Of a stretch of DNA of 64,000 bases, positions 28,583 through 39,007 are shown piece after piece. The stretch covers positions 3,904,001-3,968,000 of the forward strand of contig CAVWLP010000002.1 in NCBI GenBank assembly GCA_963755915.1, written 5' to 3'. The DNA is from an uncultured Phycisphaerales bacterium. GTDB lineage: Bacteria > Planctomycetota > Phycisphaerae > Tepidisphaerales > Tepidisphaeraceae. Position 1 is the first letter of the stretch; every line of letters starts with the position of its first letter. The notes under the pieces were generated by a model. The model was not told the DNA's origin and searched no databases. It worked only from the letters and a program-made list of their open reading frames with translations. Both the position numbers and the translations under genes were made by a program.

Positions 28583-29821
28583 TCAGCAGAAGAACTTAGG
28601 AGAGAGCCATTTCCTGAGCATGCGTTTGCCCGGCACCTCGATGATGCGATAGGTGCAAGTGGCCGCGACGGTGGTGACAACCAAGTAAAGAAGCAGTTTC
28701 AGGAGCGACACGGCGTATGCGAGCGTCGATGGAACATACGCGACGTATTGGGGCAGTACGTTGCTGAAAATCCAAAACTGCACGATGTAGACCGAATAGC
28801 TGATTTCACCGCCACCCTGCATGGCATGCGTGCTGCACAGTCGGGTCAGCAGGTTCGGGTGCCGGGAAGAGGCGTAGAGGAGGTACGCCAGAAAAGGCGC
28901 CCATCCGAAATTGTGTGCGAGGAACGGCAAAAAGCTTGTCGCAGGTAACAGGCCCGCGTCGCCAATCGCCAGGATGGCGATGGCTGCGAGACAGCAGAGG
29001 GAAAAAAGACCGCTGTGCCTGCGGCCACTCGGCGACTCGCCGCTGTGCTGAGTGAGCATGTACATTCGGGCGGCGAACGAACCCAAGATGAACTCGCCAA
29101 GCCGCACGTAGGGTGAGGCGTAGGTGAACCAGTTCCAGACATCCCCGCGGCCGGTAATGGCGAGGGCGGAGAGAAACGCCGTCACCTCCGTTTGTTTTGC
29201 AAATAGGGCGGCGAGAAGCGGAAAGCAGCCAGCCGAAAGCAGGATGGCGTTGCGCCGGATTTGAGGGATGGAAGCGGTGCGCCGGGGACGGCGGATCAAG
29301 TACAGGGCGAAACACAGGTAGAAGAAGCATTCGGTGCTGATAGACCAAGCCGGGCGGAAGGTAACCCACTGCACGTTCCACCAGCTCTGTGTCAGCGTGA
29401 AATAGCTGAGCTTCTGTGGCCAGGTGGCATGGCGGAACAGCGGCTTGTAGTTCTGACGACTGCACAGAAGGAATGTGATATAGAGCGGATAGAGTCGGGC
29501 GAACCTCGCCACCGCAAAGTCGCGAGCGGCCTGTCGCCAAGGCAGCCGAACGAAGCGGTCATAGTAGCCGTAGGTGATGACAAAGCCGCTGAGCACAAAG
29601 AAGAGCGACATGCCCAGGTGGGCAAGGCACACCACGTATTTGTGAGCGACAGAGTCCAATTGGCCGTAGGCGAATGTGGTGTCAGCACTGTGGGACACCA
29701 AGACCAGGTACGCGGCGATCGCTCGAACGCCGGTCAGATGGGGAATCGGCGGTCGCTTTACATATCCCGAGTTGGCCATGTCAATCGCGTCGAGGGTGTG
29801 TTGCTCGAATCGGCTTAGCAC
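28583..29821 (-). CDS. acyltransferase-3 family (OafA/YrhL-like) O-acyltransferase
   Basis: LTGVRAIAAYLVLVSH, FFVLSGFVI, RFARLYP, WSISTECFFY, GEISYSVY; start may be 29779. Confidence 0.9.
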   Translation of the reverse strand: MLSRFEQHTLDAIDMANSGYVKRPPIPHLTGVRAIAAYLVLVSHSADTTFAYGQLDSVAHKYVVCLAHLGMSLFFVLSGFVITYGYYDRFVRLPWRQAARDFAVARFARLYPLYITFLLCSRQNYKPLFRHATWPQKLSYFTLTQSWWNVQWVTFRPAWSISTECFFYLCFALYLIRRPRRTASIPQIRRNAILLSAGCFPLLAALFAKQTEVTAFLSALAITGRGDVWNWFTYASPYVRLGEFILGSFAARMYMLTQHSGESPSGRRHSGLFSLCCLAAIAILAIGDAGLLPATSFLPFLAHNFGWAPFLAYLLYASSRHPNLLTRLCSTHAMQGGGEISYSVYIVQFWIFSNVLPQYVAYVPSTLAYAVSLLKLLLYLVVTTVAATCTYRIIEVPGKRMLRKWLSPKFFC

Positions 29822-29934
29822 ATCCTTTGACGAATCCGCAAGCGGTTATCGGTGGCTCGGTGCTTGTCGCATCAACGGATTGTAACTGCTTGGAATCGTC
29901 CCCGCTTAGATTTGCAGTATCGTTGCCAACTGAA

Positions 29935-30114
29935 CTAAAGCGATGCCTTGACCATCGCCACAATCCCGGATTTAATCGCCTTGTGGAGAGTTGGCCACGC
30001 AAGAGCCACGGCCAAGAAATCCTCATCCATCGGAAATGGCAACGAGGGAGGTGGTGCCGCTTTCACGCCACCCGTTTCCGAAATCGCTTTATTTCCGCCG
30101 GAATTCTCGGGTTT
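29935..30114 (-). other. detached 3' end of the integrase gene (59 codons), in frame with int across attP
   Basis: Same frame as int through the att core; translates KPENSGG...DEDFLAVALAWPTLHKAIKSGIVAMVKASL*. Confidence 0.75.
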
Positions 30115-30144
30115 TGTCGAGGGTTCGACCCCCTTCGCCCGCTT
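30115..30144 (+). repeat. attR core (duplicated tRNA-Gly 3' fragment)
   Basis: Identical to 14132..14161. Confidence 0.93.
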
Positions 30145-30238
30145 TCAGGTTTTTCGCAGTCACTTCTCGCTACCGATTCCGAGTTTCATTTTTTGTTCGA
30201 CCACTGCTACACTGCCCCCGACTTAAATTTGGAGACTC

Positions 30239-30703
30239 ATGCCCGACAAGAAATCATCCGCATTGAAGCAGTTGATCGACGGATTACAGGAAGACCTTTC
30301 ACGGGAATATCAGGCGGTGATCGCCTATACGGTGTACAGCAACGTGCTCTCCGGTGCACAGTGGATGGATATCGCCCGGGAACTGAAGAAGCATGCATCG
30401 GAAGAGCTGCAACATGCGATGATCATCGCGGATCAACTGGATTACCTGGGCGAGATGCCGAACGCTTCGCCGAAGACGGTGAAATTGTCGAAGAAGGCTG
30501 AGGATATGCTTCGGTTTGACCTGGAGAACGAAACGGTAACGATCAAGGCATATCGCGAGCGGGTTCGGCAGGCGGAGGCGCTGGGGCACTATGCGTTGGC
30601 GGAGCAAATCCGGAAAATCATCGCGCAGGAACAGGAACACCAACATGATCTGGCGACGGCGCTGGGGATTGATGTGCCCAAGGTGCTGGAAGACGGGGCT
30701 TGA
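30239..30703 (+). CDS. ferritin-like / bacterioferritin-like protein
   Basis: GGAG RBS; di-iron motifs REYQA, EELQHA, ENE, QEQEHQ. Confidence 0.88.
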   Translation: MPDKKSSALKQLIDGLQEDLSREYQAVIAYTVYSNVLSGAQWMDIARELKKHASEELQHAMIIADQLDYLGEMPNASPKTVKLSKKAEDMLRFDLENETVTIKAYRERVRQAEALGHYALAEQIRKIIAQEQEHQHDLATALGIDVPKVLEDGA

Positions 30704-30767
30704 ATCCGCCTCGATCGGTTTTAGGGGAAGGGCATTTTTCGCTTTACATCCGCAATGAGAGGCGCTA

Positions 30768-32327
30768 ATGGGATTTACCGGGCTTTCTCCTGGTTTTTTA
30801 AGTTTGGAGGGTGCAGCGGAAATGTCAGCATCGGAGCGAAGCGCTCCCCTTCGGGTCGCGGCTAAACGGGGAAGGGGTGGTCATCCCACCGCGGTTTGGG
30901 GTTTTGTGGTTTGGACGGTTCTGATGTTTATGGTTTGGGTGCGCGCGGCGGGGGCCGCGGATTGGCAGTGGATCACCAGCACCGATACCCAGCGGTGGGT
31001 GCCGCAGGCGCCGGTGATTCCGATGAACGCCGCGGTTCCGCAGGTTTCGCCGGCGGCGATTTCGGCGACGCAGCCGGACCTTGAAGGGGATCGGCTTCCG
31101 GCTTCGGGGCCGCTGACGATTGTGATTGATCCGGATGCCACGGGCCAGCGCATCGACGGGTTTGGGGGGTGCTTTAATGAGATTGGGTGGCGGGCGCTGC
31201 TGCGGCTGGATGATGTGGATCGGGAAAGGGTGCTTAAGTCGCTGTTCGATTCCAAGGAGGGATTGGATTTCAATATTTGTCGGGTGCCGATTGGGTCGAG
31301 CGATTTTGGGCTCAGTCCGTATTCGCTGGATGACGTGGCGGGGGATGTGGGGCTGGAGCATTTTTCGATTGAGCGGGATCGGTTCATGCTGATTCCGTAT
31401 ATCAAGGCGGCGATGGGGGTTCGGCCGGATTTGCGAGTGTGGGGGTGTCCATGGAGTCCGCCGGCCTGGATGAAGACCTCGGGGACTTACAACGGGGGGA
31501 AGATTCGGTGGGAGCCGGCGATCTTGAACGCGTATGCCAACTATCTGGCGCGATTTGTTGAGGCGTATCGGGGGGAGGGGATCGATTTGTTCGCCGTGGC
31601 GGTGCAGAACGAGCCTACGCAGGATACGAAGTATCCATCGTGCGTGTGGCCGGATGCGGGGACGATGCGGGATTTTATTCGGGATTATGCTGGGCCGGTG
31701 TTTGCGCAAAGGAATGTGCAGGCGAAATTGTGGCTGGGGACGATTACCAATAATCGGTTTGATTGGTTCAAGACGATTCTGGACGATCCGGGGGTGATGC
31801 GGACGATCGGAGGGGTGGGGATTCAATACTGGAGCGGGGATGTGGCGGCGCGGCTTCATGCGACGTATCCGAATCTGCCGCTGATGGAGACGGAGACGAA
31901 ATGCTTCAACGGGCATAACGACTGGTATGACGCGGAGGAGACGTTTCGGCAGATGATGGTGTTTTTTCGCGGAGGGGTGAGTGCGTATATGTATTGGAAT
32001 ATGGTTCTGGACCAGACGGGGTTGAGTTCGTGGGCGTGGTCGCAGGATTCGACGATTGTGGTGGATGCTTATGACGGGTCGATCGTGTATACGCCGCAGT
32101 ATGTGCTGATGAAGCATGTGAGCACGTTCGTGAAGCCGGGGGCGGTTTTTCTGAAGGCTTCATCCGATGGGGATCCGGTGTTGGCGTTTAAGAGGGGGGA
32201 TGGGGCGGTGATCGCCGTGATTATGAATAGCAATCGGTTTGATCGGGAAGCGGAGTTGCACGTTGGGGGGGAGATGGTGAGTGTGAGTTTACCGGCGAGG
32301 TCATTTAGTACGTTTGTTTGTCGGTAG
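30768..32327 (+). CDS. glycoside hydrolase family 30
   Basis: IDGFGGCFNE, RVPIGSSDF, PWSPPAWMK, QNEP acid/base, METE nucleophile, YWNMVLD; start uncertain. Confidence 0.9.
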   Translation: MGFTGLSPGFLSLEGAAEMSASERSAPLRVAAKRGRGGHPTAVWGFVVWTVLMFMVWVRAAGAADWQWITSTDTQRWVPQAPVIPMNAAVPQVSPAAISATQPDLEGDRLPASGPLTIVIDPDATGQRIDGFGGCFNEIGWRALLRLDDVDRERVLKSLFDSKEGLDFNICRVPIGSSDFGLSPYSLDDVAGDVGLEHFSIERDRFMLIPYIKAAMGVRPDLRVWGCPWSPPAWMKTSGTYNGGKIRWEPAILNAYANYLARFVEAYRGEGIDLFAVAVQNEPTQDTKYPSCVWPDAGTMRDFIRDYAGPVFAQRNVQAKLWLGTITNNRFDWFKTILDDPGVMRTIGGVGIQYWSGDVAARLHATYPNLPLMETETKCFNGHNDWYDAEETFRQMMVFFRGGVSAYMYWNMVLDQTGLSSWAWSQDSTIVVDAYDGSIVYTPQYVLMKHVSTFVKPGAVFLKASSDGDPVLAFKRGDGAVIAVIMNSNRFDREAELHVGGEMVSVSLPARSFSTFVCR

Positions 32328-32348
32328 GGGCTGTGATTTGTCGACGTC

Positions 32349-32406
32349 GGAAGACGCGCCCCGCGGTTCGACACAGCTCACCGAAGTCAAGCGGGGGCGG
32401 CTACAC
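32349..32406. repeat. dispersed REP-like element, copy 2
   Basis: Near-identical to 13502..13556; lies between convergent genes. Confidence 0.65.
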
Positions 32407-33444
32407 GGGGAGGGGGATGTCTTGTGATTTTGGGGGAAGGGGAGTGATGTGGGTGAGGCCCGTTTTTCCGAGCTTGCGCCATTCGACCCATTGCCAGGCG
32501 ATGACGCCGGGGAGGCCGAAGGCGAGTTCGCGGACGCGGCGGATGAGGGCGAGGGCCATGGCGGTTTGGGGGGAGATTCTGAGCATGGCGCCGAAGGCGA
32601 GGTAGCCGCTTTCCTGGGCGCCGAGGGCGCCGGGGAGAATGAACAGGGCGGATCGAATGGCCTGGCTGGCGCATTCGAGGACGTAGCATTTGCCGTAGCT
32701 CATGGGGAAGCCGAGGGCGCGAAGGGCGATCCAGACTTCGACCGCGCCGGTGGACCAGGTTCCCATGAGGCAGACGGCGCTGATGAGGAGGGCGCGGCGG
32801 CGGGAATAGATTTGGGAGATGGCGGAGTCGATTTCTCGGCCGTGGTCGGCCATTTTGCTCCAGGCGGGGGACTTGGTGATGCTGGAGACGATGGTGCCAC
32901 CGATGCGGAAGATGCCGGCGCGTTGGACGATGTAGAAGCCGCCGACGGCGAGGAATCCGACGATGAGGGCGACGATCATGGTGGTGTTGGAGCCGCCGCG
33001 GTGGGTGATGGCGAAGAAGGCCCAGATGCCGCTGAGGGCGAAGATGATCTGGGTGAGGACGCAGAGGGTCATGTCGGCAAGGACGCTGGCGGCGGAGATG
33101 GCGAAGTTCATGCCCCAGATGGTGGCGACGCGCATGCGGACGAGTTCGCCACCGACCTGGGCGACGGGGAGCATGGTGTTGACGGCGTCGCCCATCCAGC
33201 GGACGAGGAACAATCTGGGGACGGATAAGCGCTGTTTTACGGGGATCAGGATTCTCCAGCTAAAGAGATCGCAGAGCATGGGGACGCAGTGAAAAGCGAC
33301 GACGGTGGCGACGCCCCAGCCGGCGGCGAGGACGGTTTTGAGGACGTCGCGGATGTCGTTGTGAATGAAGAGGAAGAGGCACCAGACGGCGCCGATGAGG
33401 CCGACGAGGGCGATGGTGAGCTGGGTTTTACGCGCGGCGGTCAT
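32401..33444 (-). CDS. lysylphosphatidylglycerol-synthase TM / HpnL-like flippase domain protein
   Basis: VNTMLPVAQVGGE, PGALGAQESG, RRVRELAFGLPG; multiple TM helices. Confidence 0.85.
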   Translation of the reverse strand: MTAARKTQLTIALVGLIGAVWCLFLFIHNDIRDVLKTVLAAGWGVATVVAFHCVPMLCDLFSWRILIPVKQRLSVPRLFLVRWMGDAVNTMLPVAQVGGELVRMRVATIWGMNFAISAASVLADMTLCVLTQIIFALSGIWAFFAITHRGGSNTTMIVALIVGFLAVGGFYIVQRAGIFRIGGTIVSSITKSPAWSKMADHGREIDSAISQIYSRRRALLISAVCLMGTWSTGAVEVWIALRALGFPMSYGKCYVLECASQAIRSALFILPGALGAQESGYLAFGAMLRISPQTAMALALIRRVRELAFGLPGVIAWQWVEWRKLGKTGLTHITPLPPKSQDIPLPV

Positions 33445-33602
33445 GAGGGGGGGATTATTGCGTGTGGGGGTAGGTGAGTCCAACGGGGGTGGTGGCTGTG
33501 GCACGGAACGCGCACCCCGAAGTAAATTTGTAGCGTCTGTAACGGCTGGAACGGCAGTCGGTTTTGCTTGACCCATCTTCGGCCGTTGCCGATGAGCGAT
33601 AT

Positions 33603-34903
33603 ATGAACATTCGATGGCGTCGCGCGTGGCTGGCGGTCGGAGCGGCGGTGTTTGCGGCGGCGATGCCGCTTTCGGGGCGGGCCGATAAGATTACGCTGCA
33701 AACGGGGAAGACGTATGACTGCGATGTGATCGGCGAGGATGCGACGACCGTTTCGGTCGATCTGTCGGATTCCAATCGGGCTTTATTTGGGCATTTTCCG
33801 CGGAGCCAGATTACGGCGTGGGTGAAGAGCGTTCACCAGGGGCAGCCCTATGTTGTGCTGCCGATTTCGGGGACCATCGGCGTTGATGTGACGGCGGATG
33901 GGGTGAAAACGGGGATCGGCCGGGCGCTGAAGCTTAAGCCGAAAATCATCGTTTTTCTGATCGACAGCGGGGGGGAAATATCGGCCACCTTCAGAACATG
34001 GTGGCAGCGCTGCAGGCGATTCCGTCGGATGTAACGGCGGTGGCGTTCGTTCAGCAGGCCTACTCGGCGGCGGCGGTGTTTGCGATGTCGTGTCCGCGGA
34101 TATTTTTGACGTCGAATGCGGTGCTGGGGGCGGCGGTGCCGTTTCAGCATAACGGGGCAGGGCTGCCGGTAGACCTCGTGGATAAGGTTAAATCAGCGCT
34201 GGAGGCGCAGCAGCGGACGTGGGTGAGTGCGGCGGGGCATGACGACCTGCTGCTTCGGGGGATGATGGAGACGGACCTGGAGATATATCTGAGTGACGAT
34301 GCGTCGGGGCGGCCGATTCTCAGCACCAGCGGGCCGGGGAAGCTGCTGAAAGGGGAGGATCAGATTCTGACGTTGACGGCGGCCGATGCGGGGGAGTGCG
34401 GGCTCGCGCAGATCGCTCCCGATCTTCAAACGGCGATGACGGCGGTGGCGAAGGGCGCGGTTTATGAAGTGAGCCGGCGTCCGGGGGAGGCGGTTATTCG
34501 GGTTTCGCATCGGGAGAGGGATGAGATCTTGAGAACGGCGGCGCTGCTGCGGATCAAGCCGGAGATTGACGCGATCAACGCGCAGGCGGGACCGCTGGCC
34601 GCGAAGGTGGCGGCGGACAAGGCGGCGATCGACACGCTGGTGGGCACGGCCAAGCAGGAGATGGGGGCGATCGATACGGAGTTCCAGCAGGACGTTGAAA
34701 TTGCCAAGCACCAGAGCGACCCCGCCGATGCGATTGCGCAGGCCAAGCAGCAGCGGGACGCGCGGGTGCAGAAGGTGGTGGAGAACTGCAACGACGCCAT
34801 CGCGCCGCTCCAGGCGGAGATGAACGACGATGCGGCGCAGCTCAAGATTTACAGGGATCGGGTGAACGAACTCATGGCTACCGTGCCGGATTTTGTGGAT
34901 TAG
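33603..34903 (+). CDS. secreted NfeD/ClpP-crotonase-like domain protein with coiled-coil tail, frameshift near 33975
   Basis: Signal peptide; LPISGTIG, LIDSGG, AYSAAA, LGAAVP, ILTLTA motifs across ORFs 33564..34034 and 33998..34903. Confidence 0.65.
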
Positions 34904-34969
34904 TTGGAAGAGACTTGCAAACCCTCCCCGCAGCATCTAGGCTCTGAGCCCTAGTCTCAAGCGTCTAGC

Positions 34970-37900
34970 ATGAAACGGTTAATCCTGCGGATATCTATCC
35001 TGGCGGCGGGGGGGATCGTTCTGCTGGCGATTATCGTGGGGTTCATTTTAATGCATCGCCCGGGCAGCCTGCGCGATTGGATCGGGGCGCAGCTTCAGGA
35101 TATAGCCAATTCGTATCTGAATCCGCAGCTCAGCTTCACGGATCTCGCGTACGAGTATCCCCTTTCGGTTTCGCTGAAGAACCTACATCTGACGGCCGAC
35201 GACCCGGAGCATCTGGGGCACACGATCGACATCATTGCGTGCCGATCGGCGGAGGTTTCGCTGGCGGAGATTCCGCAGCTTGGCAAGCCGATCGTGATTC
35301 AGGAAATCGTGCTGGACGAGCCGCTGATATCGGCGGTGGCGATTGAGCCGAGGTCGAAGAAGTTTGTGGGGTTTTACAATCTGCTGCGCAAGAGCAATCC
35401 TGAGAATACGCCGGAGGATGCGAGCAAGCCGTCGAAGAAGCTGAGCGATGTTTTCAAGATGCGGCTGGTGCAGATCAAGGACGGAAAGGTTGTTTACGAT
35501 CCGCGCATCGAGGGGACGGTTCCGATGACGCTGGACCAGATCAACACGGTGCTGAACATCGAGCCGGTGGAGGCGGGGTGGTATACGATCGACACGGATA
35601 TCGCGCGGAAACCGGTGTTTGATCTTGGGGTGAAGGGGCAGGTGAGCCTGGACACATTCAGCGTGCGCGATGCGGATGTGAGGATTCTGGCGGACCTGTC
35701 GCAGGAAAAGCTCGATTATCTGCCCCCGGAAATTCAGGCGCTGCTGAAGCAGTATGACGCGAAGGGAAAGCTGACGATCAACGTGGCCGGCGATATGCCG
35801 GTGCTGGAGCCGATGAAGGGGCATATCAAGCTGGGGGTGACGCTGGATAAGGCCAATCTGCAGTTGAGCGGGCTGAAGATTCCTATTGATGGGCTGAATC
35901 TTGCGTCGAGTTTCGCGGATGGGAATGTGGCGGTTTCGTCGCTGAAGATCGCGGCGCTGGGGGGACGGCGGATTTGAGCGGGGCGATCGCGCTCAACGAC
36001 CGGCTGGATGGGGATCTGCACCTCAACATCGCGGGGATGGTCCCGGAGCGGATGTTCGCCAACGCGGAACGGGCTTCGCAGTATCCGGCGAAGGTGGGTG
36101 TGGATTTGAGCGTGGCGGCGTCGCTGAAGAGCCTTTTTGGGAAGGCTCCGCCGAAACCGAATGAGCCGCTGGCGGTGGTGGGGGTGAAAGATCTGAGGGT
36201 GACGGCGGACGATCCGGGGAATCCGGGGGAATCGATTGACGTGCTGGCTTGCAAAAAGCTGGACGTTTCGCTTTCGCAGCCGATCGTCTCGGGGAAGCCG
36301 GTGGTGATTGACAGCCTTGTTCTGCAGCGGCCGATTGTGTCGGCGATTTCGGTTACGCCGGGGTCGATGCGATTTGCGGGGGTGCCGAATCTGGCGCAGG
36401 CGAGCGCGGCACCGGCGGCGTTGGAAGCCGGTGTACCGGCATCGCCCGCGCCTGAGCCGAGGAAATTGGGGGACTTTGTGAGGGTGAAGTCGCTTGACCT
36501 CACGGGGGCACGGATCGTTTACGACCCGCGAATTCCCGGCACGCAGCGGATGATTCTCGATCCGATCGACATCGGGGTGAAGATCAATCCGGACAATGCG
36601 GGGCAGTACCTGGTCAAGACCAATATTTCACGAGCTCCCGTGTTTAACCTCGCGGTAAATGGCGGCGTGGATATCAACAATCCGGGGCTGCAAAACTTGG
36701 ACATCCACCTCCAGGCGGACCTGACGCAGAAGCAGGTTGATTTTCTGCCGCCGCAGGTTCAGGTGCTGGTGAAGGAGACGCATGCCCGGGGAAAGCTGGA
36801 TGCGCGGTTTGCCACGTCCGTCTCGCTTTCGGATCTCAGACGGGGACGGGCGAAATTTGACATGGATGTCCAGCACTTCAGCATCCTGGCCGCCAACCGG
36901 CAGATTCCGATCGACGATTGCAACGTCTCGGCCCGGCTTCAGGACCGGGTGGTGCACAATACGATCAAGCTGACGACGTTGGGAAACGAATTTGATCTTG
37001 TGGGCTCGGTGGCGTTGAACGACCGCCTGGATACAGATGAAACGCTGCAAATTCGCAATCTGGTGCTGGAGAAATTAATGGCAAAACTGGAGCCGGACCG
37101 GCCGGCGTTGGCGAGTTCGACGATTTTGAACGCCGACCTACAAATCCAATGTGCGGGGATGGTGGCGATGGGGGCGGTTGCGCCGAAAGCGAATGAGCCG
37201 GTGATTTCGGTGAATTTGCGGAATTTCCGGCTGACGACGGACGATCCAATCGCGCCGGGGCAGCCACTGGATTTTGTGACGTTGGAACGGCTGGGGGTGG
37301 TTTTACCATCGCTGCCGGAGGCGGGGAGGCCGGTGGTGGTGGATCAGATTGTGCTTGAACATCCGGGAATTCATGCGATTTCGATGGAGCCGGGATCGAA
37401 TCGGCTCGCGGGGTTCTGCGATCTTCAGAAGATGTTTGCGGCTCTGTCTTCGGCTTCGACGCAGGAGTCGGGCGAAGGGGCGACGACCCAGCCGGAAACG
37501 GCGAACGTGCGGCTGGAGAATCTTGCCCGGATTGGGCGAGTTGATATGACGGATGCCTCGCTGAATTACAATCCACGAATCGACAACACGGTGCCGATGT
37601 CGCTGCAGAACGTCAGCGCGAAGATCAACATGGATTCGGAAGACGGCAGTGCGTATCGGTTTGACGTGCTGGTTCCGTCCAAGCCGGATTTTAATCTTGA
37701 AGTTTCGGGGCGGCTGGACCTTGAGGACATGACGCTTCAGCCGCTTACCATGGGGATAACGGCGGATTTTGGGGATGGACCGCTGAGCTGGCTTCCGCCG
37801 CAGGTACAGCTCATCGTGAATCGGTATAACCCGGTGGGATCGGTGGATGTGAATGAGGAGGCGACGGTTCCGCTGCGCGATCCATTGTCCGGGGATTTTC

Positions 37901-38919
37901 ATACCGATTTGAAGATGGACAAGTTCACGGCGGATATCTCCAACTTTCATCTGCCGCTGGACCAGGTCCGTATGCCGGTGCGGTTTCATGAGAACCAGAT
38001 CGAGTTTCTGGATTCTTCTTCGCTGGGCGGACCGACGCTGACGGCGTTTGGGGGGACAGCCAATCTTATGGGGACGGTGAGGCTGAACGACCGGCTCGAT
38101 ACGACGATAGGGCTGCACACGGATGGGATTCTGATCGAGTCGATCCTGGCGTGCATGAATCCGCCGTCCAAACATAAGCTTATTGGGGCGGTTCATCTGG
38201 ATCTGAATCTGGTGAATGCGCCGGTGATGGTGGTAATCGGGAAGTGGCAGCATCCGGATGTCGATCCTGCATCGCTGCCGAGTGACGAGCCTTTGCCGCT
38301 TTATGCGCAGGAGCTGCCGGCTCACTGGGGCAGCGCGCACCTGGAGATTTCGCATGCCTATCTGGTGGGGCTCGAGCTGGTTCACGGAGTGACGGAGTAT
38401 GCGAAGCAGGCGTTTCAGGAGCTATTTGAGAAAAAGAAGCCGACCGAGCCCGAGGAGATTATTCCGAAGGAATCTGCCGAGGTGGACTGCACGTTTGACC
38501 GGGATCGGGTTTCGGTTTCGCACGTGTACTATGAAGGGGAAGATATGTCCGCGGGAGGGAGCGGGTGGATATCGCTTTCGCAGAATCTGGATTTGAAGCT
38601 CACCGGCGGCCTGGGGAAGGGGGAGAACTGGCTTAAGCGGGCGATGGATTCGCTGGCGTATTACCACATCTATGGGTCGCTGCATAACATTCAGTACACG
38701 GTGAACCGCGGGGATGGGAAGCCGATCATCATGGGGGTGAAGATGGTGGCGCAGCAAGCGAATACGGGGATTCATACGGGCGTGCACTATGTGGGCGTGG
38801 GATTAAATCAGGCGGGGAAGGGGTTGCAAAAGGCGGGGGATTTCCTGCATGGGCTGTTTAACCATAAGAAGGATCAGGATGCGGCGCCGACGCAGCCTTC
38901 GGATCAGAATCAACCGTAA
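34970..38919 (+). CDS. large AsmA-like envelope protein with three ~340-aa repeats, frameshift near 35965
   Basis: N-terminal TM anchor, beta-rich; repeated TxDDP, LPPxxQ and LNDRLD motifs; AsmA-like C-terminus. Confidence 0.65.
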
Positions 38920-39007
38920 GAGATGCCGACGGATGGGGTTGTCCGCGGCGATGGGGTTTTGATAAGATTGCATGCGTTCAATTGCGACAAATTAAGGTTC
39001 GAGAGGT

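Larger units (their letters stand above)
14132..30144. mobile_element. 16-kb integrative mobilizable element / integrated plasmid at tRNA-Gly
   Basis: 30-bp direct repeats at both ends; integrase, excisionase, MobF relaxase, par, rep, resolvase and TA genes inside; visibly more AT-rich cargo. Confidence 0.93.

Noticed and set aside
30115-30144. Second tRNA gene
   Set aside because: Only the T arm and 3' acceptor strand are present; it is attR.
14132-30144. Prophage or self-transmissible ICE
   Set aside because: No capsid, terminase, tail, VirB4 or coupling-protein genes were recognised.
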